Source: Eledone cirrhosa
Taxonomy: Eukaryota
DNA: 64,000 bases
Reading direction: 5' to 3'
Assembly (NCBI GenBank): GCA_964016885.1
Contig: OZ024740.1
Span: 76,322,001 to 76,386,000, forward strand
Of the stretch, positions 13,205 to 26,035 are shown in pieces. Position numbers and translations under genes: made by a program. Each line of letters opens with the position of its first letter. The stretch's first letter is position 1. The notes under the pieces were generated by a model, which made no database searches, was not told where the DNA came from, and saw only the letters and a program-made list of their open reading frames with translations.

Positions 13205-13619
13205 TCATCTGGGAGAGATGACCCCTTAACCTTTGTCAAGGCAGAATTCTAGGAGAAGGAAAACTCTGATATAACACCTGCAACCCTGATGGTATCCAAT
13301 GATGTTGACTTGTTCTTCTTTTTGGTAAATATCATCTTGGTTAAGAGAGTGGGACTGGCTTTGTGCAGTGCCTTTGCTCACTATAAAAGCTTCACGGCAC
13401 AGGCATTGCTTTATATCTGGAGATCTCTCTGCACTTGCCGTCACATGGTACCATGGGCCCAGCACTGTGTCAATAATTGTCACAAGTGTAGTGTTTGTAC
13501 CAGAGTTTTCAAGTCGCTGGCTGGACTAAAAATGCACACTCGTTCAGCGCATCGGTATGGGTTCTCCTACATGGATATAAAGTAGTGGCCGTACTCGAAA
13601 ACGAGTTGGCAGCCACCAT
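13205..13619 (+). mobile_element. Non-autonomous RTE-derived element family A, 5'-truncated
   Basis: Matches the 3' two-thirds of 13789-14398; ends CTCGAAAACGAGTTGGCAGCCACCAT plus a TATG-like tail. Confidence 0.92.
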
Positions 13620-13663
13620 GTCTGTATGTATGCATGCATGTATGTATGTACAAGAAATCAGTG

Positions 13664-13695
<32 letters not shown>

Positions 13696-13788
13696 TGTAT
13701 GTATGTATGTATGTATGTATGTATGTACGTACGTATGTATCTATGTATGCAAGCATGCATGTATGTATGTATGTATGTATATATGTAT

Positions 13789-14396
13789 GTCAGGTCACCA
13801 GTTGGTGCTACTGGTAACATGTATCCCAGTACAACCTGTCTCATGGTCGGGTCATTGGCGACTAAACTGGCAACCCCACCAAGGTTTCTTGGTGAGGAGG
13901 GTGACTTTGGACATCCTGCAGGATTAAAAACAAAACCTGTCAAAGGGCAAAGGAGCTCTTAAGAGTCAATAGCCATCCAAAATCAACGGGAGATATGACA
14001 CCTCAGCTTTTGTCAAGGCAGAATTCTAGGAGAAAGAAAACTCTGATATAACACCTGCAACTCTGATGGTATCCAATGATGTTGACTTGTTCTTCTTTTT
14101 GGTAAATATCATCTTGGTTAAGAGAGTGGGACTAGCTTTGTGCAGTGCCTTTGCTCACTATAAAAACTTCACGGCACAGGCATTGCTTTATATCTGGAGA
14201 TCTCTCTATACTTGTCGTCACATGGTACCATGGGCCCAGCACTATGTGTCAATAATTGTCACAAGTGTAGTGTTTGTACCAGAGTTTTCAAGTCACTTGC
14301 TGGACTAAAAAGTCACACTTGCTCAGCGCATCGGTAGGGGTTCTCCTACATGGATATAAAGTAGTGGCCGTACTCGAAAACGAGTTGGCAGCCGCC

Positions 14397-14398
<2 letters not shown>
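13789..14398 (+). mobile_element. Family A, full length (~610 bp)
   Basis: Starts GTCAGGTCACCAGTTGGTGCTACTGGTAACATG (homologous to the RTE 5' end at 9172); ends with a C2H2-coding remnant and 3' hairpin. Confidence 0.95.
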
Positions 14399-14468
<70 letters not shown>

Positions 14469-14544
14469 GTATATATATATATGTATGTGAATATATGTAT
14501 GTATGTCTGTGTATATATGTATGTATGTGTATATATGTAGGTAT

Positions 14545-15151
14545 GTCAGGTCACCAGTTGGTGCTACTGGTAACATGTATCCCAGTACAACCTGTCTCAT
14601 GGTCGGGTCGCTGGCGACTAAACTGGCAACGCCACCAAGGTTTCTTGGTGAGGAGGATGACTTTGGACATCCTGCAGGACTAAATACAAAACTTGTCAAA
14701 GGGCAAAGGAGCTCTTAAGAGTCAATGGCCATCCAAAATCACCGGGAGAGATGACCCCTTACCCTTTGTCAAGGCAGAATTTTAGAAGGAAAACTCTGAT
14801 ATAACACCTGCAACCCTGATGGTATCCAATGATGTTGACTTGTTCTTCTTTTTGGTAAATATCATCTTGGTTAAGAGAGTGGGACTGGCTTTGTGCAGTG
14901 CCTTTGCTCACTATAAAAGCTTCACGGCACAGGCATTGCTTTATATCTGGAGATCTCTCTGCACTTGTCGTCACATGGTACCATGGGCCCAGCACTATGT
15001 GTCAGTAATTGTCACAAGTGTAGTGTTTGTACCAGAGTTTTCAAGTCGCTGGCTGGACTAAAAAGTCACACTCGTTCAGCGCATCGGTAGGGGTTCTCCT
15101 ACATGGATATAAAGTAGTGGCCGTACTCGAAAACGAGTTGGCAGCCACCAT
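14545..15151 (+). mobile_element. Family A, full length
   Basis: Near-identical to 13789-14398. Confidence 0.95.
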
Positions 15152-15233
15152 ATATGTATGTATATATGTATATATATATGTATGTATATATGTATATATG
15201 TGTGTATGTTTGTATGTATGTATGTATATATGT

Positions 15234-15264
<31 letters not shown>

Positions 15265-15500
15265 TGTGTATGTATGTATGTATGTATGTATGTGTGTATG
15301 TATGTATGTATGTATGTGTATGTGTATGTATGTATGTATGTATATGTGTGTGTATGTATATATGTATATATATATGTATGTATGTATGTATGTATATATG
15401 TGTGTATGTATATATGTATGTATATATGTATGTATGTATGTATGTATATATGTATGTATATATGTATGTATATATGTATGTATGTATGTATGTATATATG

Positions 15501-15531
<31 letters not shown>

Positions 15532-15719
15532 GTGTATGTATGTATATATGTATGTATGTATATATGTATATATGTATGTGTGTATGTATGTATATATGTA
15601 TGTATATGTATATGTATGTATATGTGTATGTATATATGTATGTGTATATGTATATGTATATATGTATGTATATGTATATGTATGTGTATGTATGTATGTA
15701 TGTATGTATCTATATATGA
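15152..15719 (+). repeat. Degenerate (TATG/TA/TG)n microsatellite
   Basis: Simple repeat; the ORFs predicted here are low-complexity artefacts. Confidence 0.95.
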
Positions 15720-15892
15720 CGTCACATGGTACCAAGGGCCCAGCACTGTGTGTCAATCATTGTCACAAGTGTAGTGTTTGTACCAGAGTTTTCATGTCGC
15801 AGGCTGGACTGAAAAGACACTCGTTCAGCGCATCGGTAGGGGTTCTCCTACATAGATATGAAGTAGTGGCCGTACTCGGAAACGAGTTGGCA

Positions 15893-15900
<8 letters not shown>
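15720..15900 (+). mobile_element. Family A, 3' fragment
   Basis: GTCACATGGTACCA...GGCAGCCATCAT. Confidence 0.9.
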
Positions 15901-15962
<62 letters not shown>

Positions 15963-15988
15963 GTATATATATGTATGTGTACATATAC

Positions 15989-16641
15989 GCATGGTCGGAT
16001 AGTCGGCGACTAAACCGGCAACCCCACCAGGTATATATATGTATGTATGTATGTATATATATATGTATGTGTATATATACGCATGGTCGGGTCGTCGGCG
16101 ACTAAACCGGCAACCCCACCAAGTTTACTTGATGAGGAGGGCGATTTTTGACACCCTGCAGGACAAAAACAAAACCTGACAAAGGTCGGAAGAACTCATA
16201 AAAGTCAACGGTCATCCAAAAGTGTTATAAATATGTACATGCACATGTACATATGTATGTATATGTGTATATATGCACATGGGTGCATGTGTATGTATAT
16301 GCGCGGGACATAGTAATAGTCGGGCTGGACACCCGATCGCGCGGTTAAACCACTGGGAGTGAAGGACCCCTACTCTTTGTCAGGGCATTCTTCGAGGAGA
16401 AGTCAACTTAGGAAACTGGGGTAACTCCGATATAAAACCTGCGGCTCAGTAGTTACCGATGATGTTGATCTTTTCTTCTTTTCGGGTTATAGCTACTGTA
16501 GCTCAGAGAGTGGGATTAGCTCAGTGCACAGTCTTTCCTCACTTTAAAAAATATCTTCACGCACAGGCATTGCACGATAGAATTAATTAATAATGGTATA
16601 TCGTGTAATGGCCATACTAGATAACGAGGGGGAAGCCATCA
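15989..16641 (+). mobile_element. Non-autonomous RTE-derived family B (head duplicated at 15989 and 16081, interrupted by microsatellite)
   Basis: Leader GGTCGGGTCGTCGGCGACTAAACCGGCAACCCCACC is homologous to the RTE and family A leaders; distinct 3' end ATGGCCATACT.GATAACGAGGGGG.AGCCATCAT. Confidence 0.8.
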
Positions 16642-17681
16642 TATATGAATGTATGTATGTATGTATGTATGTATGTATATATGTATGCATGTATGTATGT
16701 ACAAGAAATCAGTTTTGTTATTTTATGTTGGTAATATTTGGTTCATCGTTCGCTCTCCGCATTCCGGATCGAAGTATTGGTTGAAATTCTTCCTATTCAT
16801 GTGGGCTCTTCACACTGTTGAGTGTTTATGTCAGTAATTGCTCTGAGACGGAGCTCCCAGTGTCTGATTCGCCTAAAACCTAAGGGCCCCGCAGGGAGCG
16901 ATTCGATGCCGTCATTTTATTTTATTCTATTTTTTTTTTTTGCTAGAGAGGGGTGAAAATTGAAGTGCTAGATGGGGAATCGAAATATCAGGAAAACTAG
17001 GGTTCCGGTCATGCGTTAATTCGTCCGTGGTAACTCCCCAACACGATATTTTTCTCGATTGTGTCTAGATGGGGTTGTCCAGATAAATAATATGTAAAGA
17101 TTTGGGGGTGGGTATGCTGTCTCTATTTTTTGTTTCGCTTCGTTTTATTTTGTTTTGCTTTGTGAGTGTTTTATTTTATTTCATATACAAGTACCCACCC
17201 TATTGGCGCCCGCTCGTACATCACCACCATGACACCACCACGCTGCCGTCTATTTTTTCTTTGCCTGTTATTTTATTTCATATTCAAAAATCCATGCCCT
17301 GCTCTTCCATCTCTCTTCCACCCAGGAACCATCAGCACGCCGTCGCTCACTTTTTATTGTTGTGTGTTTTCCACACCCCCTGATCTCTCATCTATCTAAA
17401 TATTTGACTTACCTCTCCTGTTTTTGCTTATATTTCATCTCACCTGAAAGCCCTTACGCCGGAAGACCAACTGTGATATTTAATGGTGCTTCAAACAATG
17501 ATGATTATAATAATGATGATGAGAAGGTGGAAGAGGGAGAACAGAATTAGATTGGGAGTATGGGATGTATGAAAACGGCATCTGGAGTGAAAGTTAAAGA
17601 TGAGCGTGAAGATGGATGACATGATTATGGCGAGTATCATCTTCGACAAACTACCGAATAAGTGTATTTGTGAGTGCACGC

Positions 17682-17771
<90 letters not shown>

Positions 17772-17832
17772 ATATATATGTGCGAATGTGTGCGTGTGTG
17801 TGTGTGTGCGTGTGTGTGTGTATGTATGTATG

Positions 17833-18094
17833 TTCTAGGAGAAGATAACTTAGGAAACTGGGATAACTCCGACATAAAACATGTGGCTCAGTAGTTACTG
17901 ATGATGTTGATCTTTTCTTCTTTTGGGGTTATAGCTACTGTCGCTCAGAGAGTGGGATTGGCTCAGTGCACAGTCTTTCCTCACTTTAAAACAATCTTCA
18001 AGCACAGGCATTGCATGATAGAATTGATTAATAATTATTAATAATGGTGTATCCGTGCAATGGCCATACTCGATAACGAGGGGGCAGCTATCAT
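17833..18094 (+). mobile_element. Family B, 5'-truncated
   Basis: Colinear with 16390-16641; same 3' hairpin plus (GTAT)n. Confidence 0.88.
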
Positions 18095-18110
18095 GTATGT
18101 ATGTATAATA

Positions 18111-18318
18111 AGTGGCTCAGTAGATTCGCGGTTTACCGAGGAAGGTAATAGTATTTTATGCTATGGCAGTGTGTATATATTAAAAACAAGGAGAGGTTTC
18201 ACATTGAGGTCTATTGATGATCAGTCGGTCTATAGCTTTAATATAGATCCTGAGCCACTCATTTCTGAAACGGTCGTAACTGTGTATAATCAATAAAGAC
18301 CTTAATGTGAAACTTCGC
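18111..18318 (+). repeat. Nested fold-back unit with hammerhead 3' half
   Basis: AGTGGCTCAG/CTGAGCCACT and GTTTCACATTGAGGTCT/AGACCTTAATGTGAAAC inverted pairs; GAAAC-GGTC-GTA at ~18267. Confidence 0.5.
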
Positions 18319-18519
18319 TTTATATATATACATATTATTCAAAATATTAATAAATGAAAAATATTCTCATAATCAAAATATACATTTTATTATACATATT
18401 TCAAAGGTACAATGGTGCTTAAGTACGTTTTCCATCAGACAAAATATAAGATTTGATATGCGACATACCGCTACGGTTTTGATTATTCAATTCCATATAT
18501 ATATGGAACGTGGACCTCT

Positions 18520-18760
18520 GTTGATTCGAATAACAGAACAGCTTGCTCGCGAAATTCCGTAGACACATGTAGTCTTAATGCATTTCTCAGGTAATCTCAG
18601 TATCACAAGGCTGGCCTTTTCGAATATGGGTCCAACTCATTTTTGCCACTTGAATGGAATAAAACGTCTTACGGAAAGACACAATGTGCCAATGGGAATC
18701 GAACTCATGGTCTTACGATCGTGAGCCGGTCACTCTAACAGTAAACCACGCAACTTCACA
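18520..18760 (-). mobile_element. tRNA-derived SINE family S2 (CORE-like), decayed
   Basis: Minus-strand B box GAGTTCGATTCCC; homologous to 48636-48922. Confidence 0.7.
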
Positions 18761-20136
18761 ATGACACCCCCATCTTTCTCTCTCTACATCTCTCTCTCTT
18801 TCGCACAATACAGTCTCTCTCTTCAGAATCGCACATAGCCAGTTTGTTATTATGCAAGAAACAATGGTTTATTTTCATATTGTATATATTAGCATATTAA
18901 TATACAACTAATTTGTGTGCAAAGATGCTGAATTGATTAAACACAGCAGGCAATCACACTTTTGTATAAAAAAAAACCTTGCTGTCGACACTCTCTCCCT
19001 CCCTCTTCTTTCTCTCACTTTCTATCACTCCTTTGGACAGTGTCTGGCTTATGTCAGACGCTGTGACCCTGGATGGACCAGCAGTACCGTTGATAGGGGT
19101 CGAAACTGCCCAAATCCATGTCAACGGCCGATGACCATGGAGTTCTGCGTCATTCGTTTGTATATTTATTTAAAAAATAATCTTTTAAGGTTTCTCCTTA
19201 AAAAATTGTTTTTCGTTTTGTTTTGTTTCCGCTCGTTTGTCCTTTCTTTGTTAATTTTCTTTAGTGAATATAACCTGTCATGCGTATCTCTCATTTTCTC
19301 ATATCTATTCATTCACATCTTTATCCTATCTCTCTCTTACTTTCTGTCTTTGTCACTCTTTTTCTCTCTTTCCCACTCTCTCTCTCTCTTTCATTGTACA
19401 CGGCTTTCGCTGCATGACATCACAACACACAATTCATCCTATCCCAACTTCCATGTAATTCATCTACACACAATCATCTTATAATAAACAATCTTTCATA
19501 TATTCAACCTGTTATGATTATTATCAAACTTAAACTCGTGATTTCATCAAATCCTCCCAAGAAAAAAACGAAAATTTTATTTTGTTATCTGTTATAACGA
19601 AGAAATTACTCTATATTAAGGTGTAGTTTGCTTGAGATACAAATCCAAAAAAAGAGATAAGTTAGGTTATTTAGAAGCTCGACAATGCGTGTTTGGTTAA
19701 TATGCGAAGGTATTTACACAACATCAATTTTTGTCGAGTATTTCCTAAAATATAAAAAGAACGGGTTTGGAATAAAATGTTGTCATGGACTCTTCCAATG
19801 TGTTACACAACCTGTACCACCCGATAATATAACATAGTTTGTGTCACACATCCTCACTTCCAATGAATTGTTGATACATGAGTTCTTTTCTTTAAATACA
19901 CTGCGGGATACGGCTTCGTTATAGTAATGAACTGACTCTTTAGATGCGAGCTACAATTCGACATAGCCCCACATCTCTCCATCTCTCTTAACTTTTGAAA
20001 ACCATGAAACATGTGAAACCAGTAAAGTTATAAATTATTGTAAATAAACCTTCTTAAAGACCCCAATTGCATTTTCAACTACTTTTCCCTATATTTTACT
20101 CGTGTGAGACATATAAAAAACCCTTAATTTCGCATA

Positions 20137-20165
<29 letters not shown>

Positions 20166-20173
<8 letters not shown>

Positions 20174-20400
20174 ATACTTTGGGAGGGTCATGTTGCCAAT
20201 AAGAAACACACGCACCAGTTGCTTTCACTTCAATTTATTATATATTTATAAATTTATAAATTTATAAATATATAATAAATTGAAGTGAAAGCAACTGGTG
20301 CGTGTGTTTCTTATTGGAAAAATGACCCTCCTAAAGTATAACAATATCGGTTTCAACACACGATTTCAGATAAAGAATCTTGCTAAACAAATTCAGAAAC
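20166..20400 (+). mobile_element. Penelope-like 3' terminus with a ~90-bp-arm palindrome
   Basis: Arms ~20166-20250 and ~20262-20347. Region 20325-20388 resembles 59232-59295, the end of the GIY-YIG-bearing fragment. Confidence 0.7.
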
Positions 20401-20401
20401 G

Positions 20402-20485
<84 letters not shown>

Positions 20486-20491
<6 letters not shown>

Positions 20492-20910
20492 ATATAGTGT
20501 ATTTTGCAATACACTGTATGCTTAATTAAAAGCATTTTGAACACCATACGCTATTGTTTTAAAGTAGCGACATTGTCGCTTACTTAAATTTTTCGGCAGA
20601 CAGGGGGAGATAAGTTGACAGCTCTGTTTCTTACTATTTGGTACTTATCAAAACTCACTACTCTCCTCGTCTGCCGAAAATTATGTGTGTTGGATTCTTA
20701 TAGAATTCCAGTAACAATCAGGAACTCATTTTACACAGCGGTCGCCGGCCCACCAGAAATTGAGAATTAGAATTGGTGCTCTGAAATAGCGATATATATA
20801 TGAATGTATATATAGTGTATTTTGCAATACACTGTATGCTTAATTAAAAGCATTTGAAGACCACACGCTATTGTTTTAAAGCAGCGACATTGTCGCTTAC
20901 TTAAATTTTT
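20486..20910 (-). mobile_element. Retrozyme-like partial tandem unit (period ~318 bp)
   Basis: Direct repeat 20486-20592 / 20804-20910 between (TA)n tracts; contains a hammerhead; homolog at 63097-63388. Confidence 0.75.
20610..20658 (-). ncRNA. Hammerhead ribozyme motif, mutated core
   Basis: GTGAGTT-TTGATAA-GTAC-CAAATA-GTAA-GAAAC-AGAGCT-GTC-AACTTAT, with a long extended stem I. The homolog at 63.25 kb retains CTGATGA. Confidence 0.7.
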
Positions 20911-20920
20911 TTATATATAA

Positions 20921-20980
<60 letters not shown>

Positions 20981-21724
20981 ATACAATTTCCTGTCTTAGT
21001 GCTTGTATTTATGTTCGTTTGTGCATGCAATAATGAGGGGAGAGAGACGGTGAGAATTTCAGAGATTGTGTGGGAGTGCATGGATGTGTATGATTGCGTG
21101 CGTCTGAGTATGAGGTTGTGTTGGTATGTGAAGTTGTGTGTGGGTGGCCTGTGGATTGAGAGGTTATGTACGAAATAAGATTGGAGGTACTTACGTTTGT
21201 GTGTGTGTATGCGTGCATATATATGAGTACGTATATATGAGTGCGTATATGTGTGTGTATGTGGTGGGGTGGGGGGGGGGGCATTGTACCTATTTGTGTG
21301 CGTGCTTGCGTGTCTGTCTGTCGGTACTGGTTTCGCGGTGAGTATGTAAGTACGAGAGCTGTGGTCGGTGTTGGGTAGGGTGTTAAACATTAGAGGCAGC
21401 CAGGTGTGTTGAGGTGCGTGGGTGTATCTTGAAGGGCGGAATGTGGCTATTGAGGGTGAGGGTAGCTATATTCGGGTGGGCGATAGAGTTGTAAGGAGGT
21501 GAGTGCCGGGTGAGGATGGGAGGCGTAAGTAATTAGTGAGCATTGTAATTCTAATCATCAACACTCTACACCACCTTTACAGGCGCGCACTCACCAACAC
21601 AAGAACATCCTGCTCCAGTCTTACAAGTTATGAGAGAGCATCTACGTTACCGCTAGAAATAGTAACCAAATCTTTCCCAAATACCACTCCTATTGTCTTA
21701 AGTATAAAGGGTGGAATGGTCACG

Positions 21725-22210
21725 GTTTTTATATATAAACATATAGTATATGCTTTCAATACACGTCTATTATGCTAACGCTATCTTAGTGCTACTGCCA
21801 GTTAATTGTAATTAGCCAAGTTCGCACTATATGCAAATGAGCCTCTCCAGAAAATGTCCATGAAGCACAATCTATATAGACTCTAGTCTATTTTCATCTT
21901 AGTACTGGTTGAGTGAATGTCACTGATAAGAGATTAACGAATCTTGAGTCAGCTGTCTGGCATTCTCAACGGTCGCTGGGGTATCTGTGACATATTTACA
22001 GAGAACAAGAGAGAAAAGTAATTTTTCGTAAGGAAGCAATATTTTTCTTTGATAGCGAGGCACTCATGTGTTTTTACTCTATTATTCTATGATGTGTTCC
22101 AGCCGACAGGCTGAGGCCATGCTGGGGCACTGCCATTTTCTATATAGCTATAGAATATATGCTTTTTTATACACCCCTATTATACTTAACGCTATCTTAG
22201 TGCTAGCTGT
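21725..22210 (+). mobile_element. Retrozyme-like partial tandem unit (period ~410 bp)
   Basis: TACAC..CTATTAT..TAACGCTATCTTAGTGCTA is repeated at ~21759 and ~22170, with a hammerhead between. Confidence 0.6.
21915..21965 (+). ncRNA. Hammerhead ribozyme motif, mutated core
   Basis: GAATGTCA-CTGATAA-GAGATT-AACG-AATCTT-GAGT-CAGCT-GTC-TGGCATTC. It has an 8-bp stem I, a 6-bp stem II and palindromic CAGCTG; core G8 and GAAA are mutated. Confidence 0.7.
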
Positions 22211-22412
22211 CTAACGGTCGGAGCTTAGACGTCGGGGTCCTGACTATTTTCCTATATGCCAAAACAGAGCGAGAATGAGGGGCTGATTCTACTGACATAG
22301 CGTATAAAAGAGGCTGTTTGTATAATTGCAAACGAATCGAAAATTATTATCAATATTCGAAAAACTCAGATTACATTTATTGTATTCAGCCACGTAGAGC
22401 GATAACTAATTG

Positions 22413-22546
<134 letters not shown>

Positions 22547-22559
22547 ATGTATACATGTA

Positions 22560-22810
22560 CTCGGTTTGGTGCCCAAATGCTCGGTTAACCCACTGGGAGC
22601 GAAAGACACCTGATTATTGTTAGGACATCATTCTAGGAGAAGGAGAATTCTATGTAAAATCAGACTCAATAGTAACCAATAATGTTGACCTGTTCTTTTT
22701 GGAGACCTGTCACCGTTGTTCAAAGTGTAGGACTGGTCCAGTGCAAGGTCTTTCTTTACTTAAAAAAGCTTCAAGATCTGTCTTCACTTGATCTAAACAT
22801 TCTGACATAT
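22560..22810 (+). mobile_element. Decayed family B-like RTE-derived fragment
   Basis: GGTTAACCCACTGGGAG.GAAAGAC.CC...ATTCTAGGAGAAGG...ATGTTGACCTGTTCTTTTTGG resembles 16340-16560. A similar fragment lies at ~26068-26185. Confidence 0.6.
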
Positions 22811-23417
22811 GTATTGCGTAAGCATGGCTGGCCGTAGTCGTAAAAGGTTATTTTTTTTCTTTTGCTGTTATATATGCAAAAAAGAATGTAAGTCCTTGGC
22901 AAGGCTAAAAAAGTCATGTTCGTGCCACACATGTGTGTGAAAAGATTGACAGACATATAGATAGATATGTGTGTGTGTTTATATATATATATATATATAT
23001 ATATATGAGTGTGTATGTGTGTGTGTTTGTATGTGTGCATATATGCATGCGTATGTGTATAGTCAAACAGAGAGATAGTTAAGTAGATAGATAAATAGAT
23101 AGATAGGGAGATAGAAATAAATAGATAGGGAGATAGAAATCTTAGACATATTAAACAAAGAGAAATATTAGGTTTACATATCAAGTAACAGACAATGTGA
23201 CCAAGTAAAACGAGTTTAACAATGACACTAACAACAGCAACAACAACAACAACACAATAACAAGAACAATAGTAACAACAGTAACAAGCAGAACGACAAG
23301 AAAAATACCAATAGCAAAAACTATAACAAAACAGTGAAAATAACAATAAACATCAGCGTCTTTGCAGACATCCTGAAAGAATTTACGCATCCACCCACGC
23401 AGTATTTCTACACCGTA

Positions 23418-24170
23418 ATGGTGGTGGTTGGGGTTTAGTTGTGGTGGCGGAGGTGGTGGTGATGATGGTGGTGGTGGTGATGTTGGTAGTGATGGCAGTG
23501 GGGAGGGTGTTAGTGGTGATGGGGTTGGTGGTGTTGGTAGTGATGGCAGTGGGGATGGTGTTAGTCGTGGTGGTGTTGGTTGGGGTTTAGGTGTGGTGGC
23601 GGCGGTGATAGTGTTGGTAGTGATGGCAGTGGGGATGGTGTTAGTGGTGGTGGTGGTGACGGGGTTGGTGGTGTTGGTAGTGATGGCAGTGGGGATGGTG
23701 TTAGTGGTGGCGGCGGTGGTAGTGTTGGTAGTGATGGCAGTGGGGATGGTGTTAGTGGTGGTGGTAGTGGTTGGGGTTTAGTTGTGGTGGTGGCGGTGGT
23801 AGTGTTGGTAGTGATGGCAGTGGGGATGGTGTTAGTGGTGGCGATGAATATAATGTTGGTCGTATTTGCGATGGTGGTGCTTGTAATGGTGGTGATAACG
23901 GTTAAAGTGATGGTATAGGTAATAATGTTTGAGCTTGTGATGGTGGTAGTGGAGGGGTAACATTGGTTGTCGTGGTGATGTAATGGTTGTTGTGGTTGTA
24001 GGAGTAGTGTTGGTGATGGTGAGGCTGATGTTAATAGATGTGGTGGTGAAGGAGGCCGAGGTAATGGTTGAGTTGATGGTGTTGGTGGTGATGCAGGTGG
24101 TGATGGTAGTGGATGTCGGCTAGGTGGAGGTAGTGGTGGTGTTGATGGTGATGATGGTAGGGATAGTTGT
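23418..24170 (+). repeat. GGT-rich minisatellite / low-complexity tract
   Basis: Repeated GTGTTGGTAGTGATGGCAGTGGGGATGGTGTTAGTGGTG units, about 6 copies. Confidence 0.9.
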
Positions 24171-24386
24171 ATGGTACATTACGATATACTCAATACTCAA
24201 GCAGGGTGTTTAGAATGAAAAGGGTGTGGCCCACCTCTACTGCCACTCAAAAGTGCTAATGCCTTCTTGTAACGGACACATTTGTTGTCAACCTTAATCT
24301 ACTGTCTTCTTTTTCTCTCACTCACTCTCTCCTTTTTCTATCTGATTGTATCTTTATCTCTATCTTTATCTCTCTTTATATATATG

Positions 24387-24453
<67 letters not shown>

Positions 24454-25448
24454 ATATATATATATATATATAGAAAACATTTTATAATAAAACTCAATGG
24501 AAACGCGACAAACAAATTTACTAAGGTATTCGTAGAAGAAATAGAAAGATCATTGCGAATTAGTTCGAGCATATATTCAGTAGAGGGTGATGGTCTTAGG
24601 ATCGTAATGTCATGGTTTCAATCTGTGGAAGCAGTTAATTATAAGATTAATCCCAATGTGTTTAGCTATGGCGGAACCACATCTAGCCAAGTTTTGTAAC
24701 TGACACTCTTGTGAACACGACAAGAAAGAAAAGAAATAAGAGTAATCGATGGATAACCCTCCATATATTGTAGGTACAAACACTCTTATAGTTTATGATT
24801 TATATATTTAGTATCAGTTATGTATAAGCTAAAGCCTGAGTTATAAATCCTATTATTAGATCTAAATTTAACACCGTTATCAGTAGTTTAAGTTAACAGT
24901 TCTTTAAGCTTAGGTTGTCAATGGAGGATGAGTGTTAGTAACACCTGTCCATTACCACCACATCAATTAAATGGAGGATTTCTCTGGGAGTTCCTAAAGA
25001 ATCTTTGTTTTAACCACATGAATGTACCACATTTAGAACATTTCTTAGCCACCTTTAATACGCATTTTATTTCAATTCATTCTTTTTTAAATTGTCAATT
25101 GTCTAATGTTTGGCAAGTGTCTGATCACTCCAGTTTTATATGTTTAAAGTAGATATTTATATATTTGAAGTAGATATTATATTTTGCCACATAGTTGCGA
25201 TAAACCATTCATGTAAATACATTTTGCTTTCATTTGACAGAGAGATTTCTACATGGTTACGGAACCCCGCTGTATTGTCAAATCCCACTATATTGTCTTT
25301 AATGGACACTGAATAATGTAATTCTAGATATACTCTTAAAAATACAGGTTGGTCGCAGTAAAAGACAATAGAGTGTGATTTGACTGCTATTTCCAACATA
25401 ATCAGTGACCATGTAAAAAACTCATCTTCGCATGTATGTATGTGTGTA

Positions 25449-26035
25449 TGGTAACATGTATCCCAGTACAACCTGTCTCATGGTCGGGTCGTTGGCGACT
25501 AAACTGGCAGCCCCACCAAGGTTTTTTGGTGAGGAGGGTGACTTTGGACATCCTGCAGGACTAAAAACAAAACCTGTCAAAGGGCAAAGGAGCTCTTAAG
25601 AGTCAATGGCCATCCAAAATCACCGGGAGAGATGACCCCTTAGCCTTTATCAAGGCAGAATTCTAGGAGAAGGAAAACTCTGATATAATACCTGCAACCC
25701 TGATGGTATCCAATGATGTTGACTTGTTCTTCATTTTGGTAAGTATCATCTTGGTTAAGAGAGTGGGACTGGCTTTGTGCAGTGCCTTTGCTCACTATAA
25801 AAGCTTCACGGCACAGGCATTGCTTTATATCTGGAGATCTCTTTGCACTTGTCGTCACATGGTACCATGGGCCCAGAACTATGTGTCAATAATTGTCACA
25901 AGTGTAGTGTTTGTACCAGAGTTTTCAAGTCGCTGGCTGGACTAAAAAGTCACACTCGTTCAGCACATCGGTAGGGGTTCTCCTACATGGATATAAAGTA
26001 GTGGCCGTACTCGAAAACAAGTTGGCAGCCACCAT
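25449..26035 (+). mobile_element. Family A, near full length
   Basis: Lacks only about the first 23 bp; same 3' end. Confidence 0.95.

Noticed and set aside
13289-13585. Recurrent hydrophobic 80-98-aa ORF MVSNDVDLFFF... as a possible small membrane protein
   Set aside because: It recurs only because the element is multicopy. It overlaps sequence homologous to the RTE 5' UTR, its C-terminal frame varies between copies, and there is no evidence of coding selection.
13205-16641. Repeat-spacer-like array resembling CRISPR
   Set aside because: Units are ~600-bp retroelements separated by microsatellites. There are no short repeats with unique spacers and no cas genes, and the context is eukaryotic.
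17600-17665. [15 protein letters not shown], resembling an LTR-retrotransposon gag fragment
   Set aside because: Too short, with no supporting LTR or pol sequence.
19055-19128. Possible decayed hammerhead (CTG-TGACCCT...GGGGTC-GAAAC...GTC)
   Set aside because: The core has a deletion and stem I is unconvincing. Similarly weak cases at ~6900-6980, ~37505-37560 and ~62925-62985 were not called.
23428-23918. Gly/Val-rich structural protein ORFs (also the Pro/Thr-rich ORFs at 47883-48441)
   Set aside because: These are minisatellite or trinucleotide tracts open in several frames.
24928-25430. Possible host exon or transposase remnant
   Set aside because: No recognisable motif or convincing splice context, and the frames contain stops.
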